DNA of 11,159 nucleotides from a virus (Duplodnaviria; Heunggongvirae; Uroviricota; Caudoviricetes): IMG/VR virus record IMGVR_UViG_2541047866_000002; one strand, 5' to 3'. Shown piece by piece: positions 6,703 to 11,159 of this stretch (position 1 is its first letter; each line of letters starts with the position of its first letter). The notes under the pieces were generated by a model. It saw only the letters and a program-made list of their open reading frames with translations, ran no database searches and was not told where the DNA came from. The position numbers and the translations under genes were made by a program.

Positions 6703-7395
6703 TTAAAACAACGAGCCAAGCAGACCAAGACCAGCACCGATACCAGCACCCCACGGAGTTGATAGCTCGAGAGCACTGGCTATGCCACCACCCAAAAGCG
6801 CACCGGATGCAGCACCACTAACACCCTGCTGCAATGCTGACGGTCGGTTGGCGTTTGCCGCTGCAAGAGCCGCGCTTTGCTGTGAAATCTGACTCATGTT
6901 GTTGGCATATGTTTGCCCGGCGTTTGCCTGCCCCTGAAGAGCGCCAAGACCGATATTTGCCAGGTTGTTGTAATTGTTCATTTGTCCAGATAGCCATTGC
7001 TGACCAAGCGTTGGTGCGATTGTTGCTAACTGATTACTGGTTGCGGTGGAACCCAATCCACCTGTTGCTTCCGCTGCCGCCAGACTCTGATAGCGAGCCT
7101 GACCTGCAAGGTCTTTATACTGCTGAGAGTTGTAATACTGGTTAAGTGCCTGACCTTGCCCTTCCAGAGACGATAAGTTCTCAAGGCTGCCGACATACTT
7201 CCCAGCCAGAGGAGTAAACAGCTTCAGGTTGTTCATGATGGTGTTGAACTGCTGATTTTGCAGGTCTGCGGCATACTTCTGAGCTTCTGCTGCATACTTT
7301 GCGCTTTTATCAGAACTGCCACCTTTCCCGCCTTTTTCAGGGTAATAAGGTTCCTCGCCGCGCAGTTTTCTGCCCAGCGTAAATGCATATAACAT
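6703..7395 (-). CDS. Ejection (injection) protein, P22 gene 7-like
   Basis: 230 aa (P22 gp7 is 229 aa as I recall). ATG at 7395 preceded by GGGAGA. Gln/Asn/Gly-rich with a hydrophobic Gly-rich C-terminus (GGGIASALELSTPWGAGIGAGLGLLGSLF). Confidence 0.8.
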   Translation of the reverse strand: MLYAFTLGRKLRGEEPYYPEKGGKGGSSDKSAKYAAEAQKYAADLQNQQFNTIMNNLKLFTPLAGKYVGSLENLSSLEGQGQALNQYYNSQQYKDLAGQARYQSLAAAEATGGLGSTATSNQLATIAPTLGQQWLSGQMNNYNNLANIGLGALQGQANAGQTYANNMSQISQQSAALAAANANRPSALQQGVSGAASGALLGGGIASALELSTPWGAGIGAGLGLLGSLF

Positions 7396-7397
7396 GG

Positions 7398-7853
7398 CTA
7401 TCTCCCGTGATTCAGGAAGTCGATTAGTTCTTCGCGTGTGGCGCTGTAAAACGTCACGTCATCCACGCCTTTGAAGTATTTCTTGATGGTTCCTACACGC
7501 TTAAGGCCAATCATTGCGCAGTACATCTGCCCGTGGCGGAATTTGCGTGCAGCAAATGATGTGACGCACTGAACGGTGGTGTTGGTCAGAATGTATCGCC
7601 AGAACGCCAGCCCTATTTCCTTGCTGAAGCCGCGAATCTCTGGCAGGTACATGGCGTGGCAATCGAATGTAAGCGGCTGAATCTCCTGATAGTAAACAAT
7701 GCCGCCAAACTGACCGTGCACGTTCACCTCAAAGTAACGGCAATCAGGTTTGTAGTCGTATCCATCACCGTTGTTGCTCCCGGCGATGATGTCAGGGTGA
7801 TTTCCTACTGCTTCGATCAGGTCGATGTTTCGCGTTGGTTTGAATGTAATCAT
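7398..7853 (-). CDS. P22 gene 14-like protein (151 aa)
   Basis: Assigned by position between the tail needle and gene 7-like genes. Its ATG at 7853 overlaps the tail-needle stop (ATGA). I do not recognise the sequence independently. Confidence 0.6.
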   Translation of the reverse strand: MITFKPTRNIDLIEAVGNHPDIIAGSNNGDGYDYKPDCRYFEVNVHGQFGGIVYYQEIQPLTFDCHAMYLPEIRGFSKEIGLAFWRYILTNTTVQCVTSFAARKFRHGQMYCAMIGLKRVGTIKKYFKGVDDVTFYSATREELIDFLNHGR

Positions 7854-8554
7854 CAGTCAATCAGCCCATGTAATCTAAGTGCTGTTTCAAGCGCCAGAAT
7901 ACGCTGCCGCGCCTGCTCCAAACCTGTAGCGATAGCTGCGACTTCGGATTGTGTGTACGTAGTGCCGACCGTGTATGACTGGTTAGCGTTGAATGAGCCA
8001 AGAAGTGGTGTGCCTGTGGCCGCTGTCCATCCGGTCTGCCTTGCTCCAACGACCTGAATTCCATCAACTGAATATGATGTTTTTACATCCAGCGGTGACG
8101 CAAGAGACTGCGATTCTGTTACGGTTTTCGATACGTAATCACTCTTAATGTCAGATATATCGCTTTCTACGCCATCCAGTCTTTGGTCAACAGTGACCAG
8201 ATGCGCCTGAATATCGATAACCTCATCCAGCAAGTAATCAACATCGCTACGCAGTACAACTATCTTCCCTTCGGCGGTTGTTAACCTGACCTCAAGGAGA
8301 TTTATCGCTTTTGTGTTTGCGGTGATTCTTGCATCGTGGTCAGCCAGTTCGACATCCTGTTCATCGTTTTTCACCTGAGCATCGTAAGCGCCCTGACCAG
8401 CCTGATTTGCTTTCCCGGCAATTGCGCCGACATCAGCCCCCTGATTAATGACATACAGCAGGTAAGACTGGCTGAATATATTGCGTGGAAGGATTGATGT
8501 ATCGAGCCGCGTCGCCTGCACAATAACAGGGGTGTTGAGATTCGAATCAGCCAT
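7853..8554 (-). CDS. Tail needle (plug) protein, P22 gene 26-like (233 aa)
   Basis: ATG at 8554 overlaps the gene 10 stop (TAATG). [73 protein letters not shown]... closely matches the P22 gp26 N-terminus as I remember it; coiled-coil heptads in the middle and ...ALRLHGLID at the C-terminus. Same length as P22 gp26. The 34-codon extension in the ORF track (to 8656) is rejected. Confidence 0.85.
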   Translation of the reverse strand: MADSNLNTPVIVQATRLDTSILPRNIFSQSYLLYVINQGADVGAIAGKANQAGQGAYDAQVKNDEQDVELADHDARITANTKAINLLEVRLTTAEGKIVVLRSDVDYLLDEVIDIQAHLVTVDQRLDGVESDISDIKSDYVSKTVTESQSLASPLDVKTSYSVDGIQVVGARQTGWTAATGTPLLGSFNANQSYTVGTTYTQSEVAAIATGLEQARQRILALETALRLHGLID

Positions 8555-9972
8555 TACTCGATCCTTATCTGGCAGCCAGACAGAGTGACAGGTGACTTCG
8601 TGATAACGCGCAATTTGAAGCCGACATTTTTCCTGATGCGCCCGACTCGCTTCCACAAAACGCGTTTGTCGTAAACAAACGGTTCATTCTGCTCAATCAT
8701 CTGCTCACGACCGTAATTGATGCCGTCAGTGGTTGCAGAGAGAAAAAGGCGGTCGGCGTACTGCGCAACGCCAGTTGAAGATTCAACTTCAAGGTCGAAA
8801 ACTCTGGCGTTATCCGCTTTGAACAGAGGAGTAAACAGCAGATGCTCCTGTTGCTTGTCGTACTGGCTGCTGATGTCGAATTGCAATTTCCCGGTCACGG
8901 ACTCCAGCTTATCGCCGCACGTTATCTGATTGCCTTCGTAAATGAAGTCGATAGCGCGGTACACATCGTCATACAGACCTGTTTTCAGTACACACCATTG
9001 CGGAGCATTGGCGCTTGAAGATGCGTCGTATACGAGGACATGGCGCGGAAGATGGATAATCAGCAGCTCATGCGCATCAAATCGCAGAGACTCCATCACA
9101 CCATCAGCCAGTTCATCAGCAGTGTAGGAGCGAAGAATTTTCTCAATGCTCGCGCTGGCGATTGGTGACACCTGCCCGGAACCGATGATGTATACAGACG
9201 GCGCACCTGTTGCCGGATTGCTGATGAACGCATAGGAATCAGCGAATGGCGTTTTGCAATAGGTTCCGGCGATGCCTTTTTGCACCATCAGTGATGGCTG
9301 TGCGACATACAAAGCAGCACCAACGGTGGTTGCGCCAGTCAGGGAGAAATATTCAATAGTCGATGAACCAAAGCAGACGATGAAGTCTCGCCATGTCCCG
9401 ATACCGATGATGCCGTCCGGCTGCGATTCTGCGCGATATTGTGCACTGTATCGGTCAGGGTGCGATTCGTCTTCAAGGTCAGTGATAAACCATGAATCAG
9501 TTCCGTCTTTTGACCACGCATAACGCCCACGTAAGCGAGTAATGTCGCGAACTGAACCTAACTCATACTGCGTGAATCCACTGTCTGTAGGCCAGTTTGA
9601 GACGGTTTTAACCGTGCCATCATAACGATACTCGACCAGTTGACCATTAACGCCTACAGCCTGTGATGTTCGACCATGCGCCATTGATACGCGACCACTT
9701 CCGGCGACGTCACCGACTTCGCTTTCTCCTTTGTACAGCTTGCCGCCACACACGCGATAAACAGCACTCTGCGCCATGTTGTACTCGACGCCGCGCGATA
9801 TACCATTCACATCAGAACGTTTGGCAATGCCCGGGAATGAGCGAAGATATCCGCTGCTGTTCAGGATTTCTTTGGGCGTAGCCAACATATTCACTGGCAG
9901 ATAGTCGATATAGTCGGCGTTTCGAAAGTCTTTGCCGACACCTTTCATAAGCGGAAGTTGCTGAATCGGCAT
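8554..9972 (-). CDS. Tail hub protein, P22 gene 10-like (472 aa)
   Basis: ATG at 9972 preceded by GAGGTG. 472 aa, the length I recall for P22 gp10. Sits between gene 4- and gene 26-like genes. Confidence 0.8.
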   Translation of the reverse strand: MPIQQLPLMKGVGKDFRNADYIDYLPVNMLATPKEILNSSGYLRSFPGIAKRSDVNGISRGVEYNMAQSAVYRVCGGKLYKGESEVGDVAGSGRVSMAHGRTSQAVGVNGQLVEYRYDGTVKTVSNWPTDSGFTQYELGSVRDITRLRGRYAWSKDGTDSWFITDLEDESHPDRYSAQYRAESQPDGIIGIGTWRDFIVCFGSSTIEYFSLTGATTVGAALYVAQPSLMVQKGIAGTYCKTPFADSYAFISNPATGAPSVYIIGSGQVSPIASASIEKILRSYTADELADGVMESLRFDAHELLIIHLPRHVLVYDASSSANAPQWCVLKTGLYDDVYRAIDFIYEGNQITCGDKLESVTGKLQFDISSQYDKQQEHLLFTPLFKADNARVFDLEVESSTGVAQYADRLFLSATTDGINYGREQMIEQNEPFVYDKRVLWKRVGRIRKNVGFKLRVITKSPVTLSGCQIRIE

Positions 9973-9981
9973 TTATTCACC

Positions 9982-10443
9982 TCACGTACTCGGATCATCT
10001 TTCTCGATGTAAAACCGATTCCACGTAAACGCGCTTTTGTTACCACTACCGCGAGGCATGTCATTTCGCCGCTCAAGTGGTGGTATTTTGGTTAAAGCGA
10101 TACAGATTGTCTGATATGCACTGTCAGCAGCGGTAAGGAGAGCGTCTGACGGCTGAATGACGTTATCCATGCACACTTGCACAGCGAGTTTCAAAGCGAC
10201 GCCATCATTTGCCCATGCAGGGATGCCTGAATCATCGTCAGGTAACGGCATGATGCCGTTTTCTGTATCAGCAAACTGATACCCAAGCTCGATACCTTTC
10301 GCCTGCCATGCTGCCATCATGTCTTCGAGGTCATTAATGGCATCTTCAATTGCCTGAGGGTCAGCATCTGTCAACGTGGCATTGGAATACAGCCCGGCTT
10401 TTCGTAAAGCCTTTAGAACGAGATCACCCTTCGTTTTCGCCAT
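9982..10443 (-). CDS. Tail accessory / head completion protein, P22 gene 4-like (153 aa)
   Basis: ATG at 10443. Placed by synteny immediately upstream of the gene 10-like ORF and downstream of coat. Acidic N-terminal half. Confidence 0.65.
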   Translation of the reverse strand: MAKTKGDLVLKALRKAGLYSNATLTDADPQAIEDAINDLEDMMAAWQAKGIELGYQFADTENGIMPLPDDDSGIPAWANDGVALKLAVQVCMDNVIQPSDALLTAADSAYQTICIALTKIPPLERRNDMPRGSGNKSAFTWNRFYIEKDDPST

Positions 10444-10612
10444 CTTCTTCCGCCTTAGCCACTTTTTGCTTCGTTGCGGTTTCTTCAGGAGTTTTTACCC
10501 AACCTTTTTTCAGGTGAGATTTAACTTCTTCGTCATCAACAATGATGTAATCGACAGCAAACTGACCGCAGGTGATCATGTTGCCTGGCTTATAGAGCAT
10601 TGTTCGTGCCAT
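10424..10612 (-). CDS. Small hypothetical protein (62 aa) between coat and gene 4
   Basis: ATG at 10612-10610 preceded by GGGAGA. Product MARTMLYKPGNMITCGQFAVDYIIVDDEEVKSHLKKGWVKTPEETATKQKVAKAEEDGENEG with an acidic tail. Overlaps the gene 4 start by 20 nt. The TTG start at 10651 is rejected. Confidence 0.45.
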   Translation of the reverse strand: MARTMLYKPGNMITCGQFAVDYIIVDDEEVKSHLKKGWVKTPEETATKQKVAKAEEDGENEG

Positions 10613-10620
10613 TGTCTTCT

Positions 10621-10647
10621 CCCAATAAAAATGGGGCCGAAGCCCCA
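10621..10647 (-). terminator. Stem-loop plus U-tract immediately after the coat gene (attenuator-type terminator)
   Basis: On the minus strand tggggc-ttcg-gcccca (plus 10632-10647) is followed by TTTTTATTGGG (plus 10621-10631), a GC-rich 6-bp stem with a tetraloop. It lies 6 nt after the coat stop and before the next RBS. Confidence 0.5.
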
Positions 10648-10653
10648 CCAAAA

Positions 10654-11064
10654 TTACTGCCCAGCAATAACGATGCCCGTATATTCAGGAACCAGTACAG
10701 AGCAACCGTACAGAGTGGTGAAACGCGCAGTGGTTACGCCTTTGATGTGGTCGAAGGAGTAAGACATGATCAGCGTAGCGCCCTGCTCGGTGGTTGCTGT
10801 CATTACCTGTGGACCCTGACCAGTTGGGAACGCCAGTTTGCCGTACATCAGTTCAACAGAACCATCAGCCCAGAACAGGTTAGCAGGTGCTGCGTTCTTG
10901 TTGAGAATGGTGATTGCTGCTGATTCTGCCGGTTTGGCATCGACGTTTGCATATGGACGACTCGCAACATCAGTATTTTCAACAGGGAGAATCTTTGGAG
11001 AAATTGTTACGGTAGTTCCGCTAACAGCCAGAACACGGAATACCTGCGGTTGACCGGTGGTATC
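10654..11064 (-). pseudogene. Major coat protein gene, C-terminal 136 codons only; 5' part separated or lost by the IS insertion
   Basis: The ORF 10654-11157 reads from IS-derived sequence (first 31 codons are the antisense of the IS terminus) into a coat-like C-terminus ...ATTEQGATLIMSYSFDHIKGVTTARFTTLYGCSVLVPEYTGIVIAGQ. It sits upstream of gene 4 as P22 gene 5 does. Identity as coat is by synteny and composition, not by recalled sequence. Confidence 0.65.
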
Positions 11065-11159
11065 TGAACCGCCCCGGGAATCCTGGAGACTAAACTTCCT
11101 GAGAAAGAGGTAAACAGGATGACTAAAAATACTCGTTTTTCCCCCGAAGTCCGTCAACG
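11065..11159 (+). mobile_element. 5' end of an IS629-like (IS3 family) insertion sequence: left terminal inverted repeat and start of OrfA
   Basis: Begins TGAACCGCCCCGGGAATCCTGGAGAC..., with an RBS (GAGG) then ATG at 11119. The terminus and the OrfA N-terminus match IS629/IS1203-type elements as I remember them. Confidence 0.85.
11119..11159 (+). CDS. IS3-family transposase OrfA, N-terminal fragment (3' partial, continues beyond the window)
   Basis: ATG ACT AAA AAT ACT CGT TTT TCC CCC GAA GTC CGT CAA CG translates to MTKNTRFSPEVRQ(R), the N-terminus I recall for IS629-type OrfA. Confidence 0.8.
   Translation, partial: MTKNTRFSPEVRQ

Noticed and set aside
5820-7145. ORFs 5820-6035 (+), 6257-6523 (-), 6571-6762 (+) and 6834-7145 (+)
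   Set aside because: All lie within or antisense to the gene 20- and gene 7-like ORFs; no RBS, and Arg/Cys-rich artefactual products.
7656-8067. ORFs 7656-8057 (+) and 7861-8067 (-)
   Set aside because: They overlap the gene 14- and gene 26-like ORFs in other frames or on the other strand. Rejected in favour of the syntenic P22-like genes.
8555-8656. 34-codon N-terminal extension of the tail-needle ORF
   Set aside because: The extension overlaps the gene 10 coding end and has no RBS, whereas the ATG at 8554 gives the canonical MADSN... N-terminus and an ATG-stop overlap with gene 10.
8717-9881. Plus-strand ORFs 8717-8929, 8942-9127, 9272-9523, 9663-9881 and minus ORF 9339-9530
   Set aside because: All are inside or antisense to the 472-aa gene 10-like ORF; Ser/Cys/Arg-rich products. 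Shadow ORFs.
10376-11053. Plus-strand ORFs 10376-10762, 10600-10923, 10838-11053 and minus ORF 10424-10651 with its TTG start
   Set aside because: The plus-strand ORFs are antisense to the gene 4 and coat genes. For the small minus-strand ORF only the shorter ATG-initiated version (10424-10612) has an RBS.
11065-11157. First 31 codons of ORF 10654-11157 (MTDFGGKTSIFSHPVYLFLRKFSLQDSRGGS)
   Set aside because: This is the antisense translation of the IS left end and its OrfA start, not part of a real protein. The ORF is a fusion artefact created by the insertion.
1-11159. Reading the two terminal repeats as the ends of one large transposon-like element carrying the phage genes
   Set aside because: The repeat orientations (an IS right end at the left edge, an IS left end at the right edge) show that the window lies between two separate IS copies rather than inside one element bounded by them.
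1-11159. CRISPR arrays, tRNA or rRNA genes
   Set aside because: No regularly spaced direct repeats and no cloverleaf-like or rRNA-like sequence noticed on either strand. The only repeats are the IS termini and the 12-bp operator pair.

Overview
This 11,159-bp window is a segment of a P22-like prophage bounded at both edges by ends of IS629-like (IS3 family) insertion sequences in direct orientation. The minus strand carries a late-gene run in P22 order: coat (C-terminal 136 codons only, cut by the right-hand IS), a small ORF, then gene 4-, 10- (tail hub), 26- (tail needle), 14-, 7-, 20- and 16-like genes (the last three are ejection proteins). Beyond gene 16 lies an immunity-I-like module (mnt, operator region, arc, a candidate sar-like antisense RNA, and ant cut after about 78 codons by the left-hand IS). 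Between gene 16 and that module is an AT-rich accessory island with three cargo units: a small 4-TM membrane protein in the SieA position, a two-gene cassette (unknown 188-aa protein plus a YafO-family toxin-like protein), and a stand-alone ClpP-fold serine peptidase gene translationally coupled to the Mnt-like repressor gene. The last two are the best candidates for an undescribed exclusion or defence function. No rRNA, tRNA or CRISPR array was seen. All calls rest on reading the sequence and remembered protein families; no database search was run.
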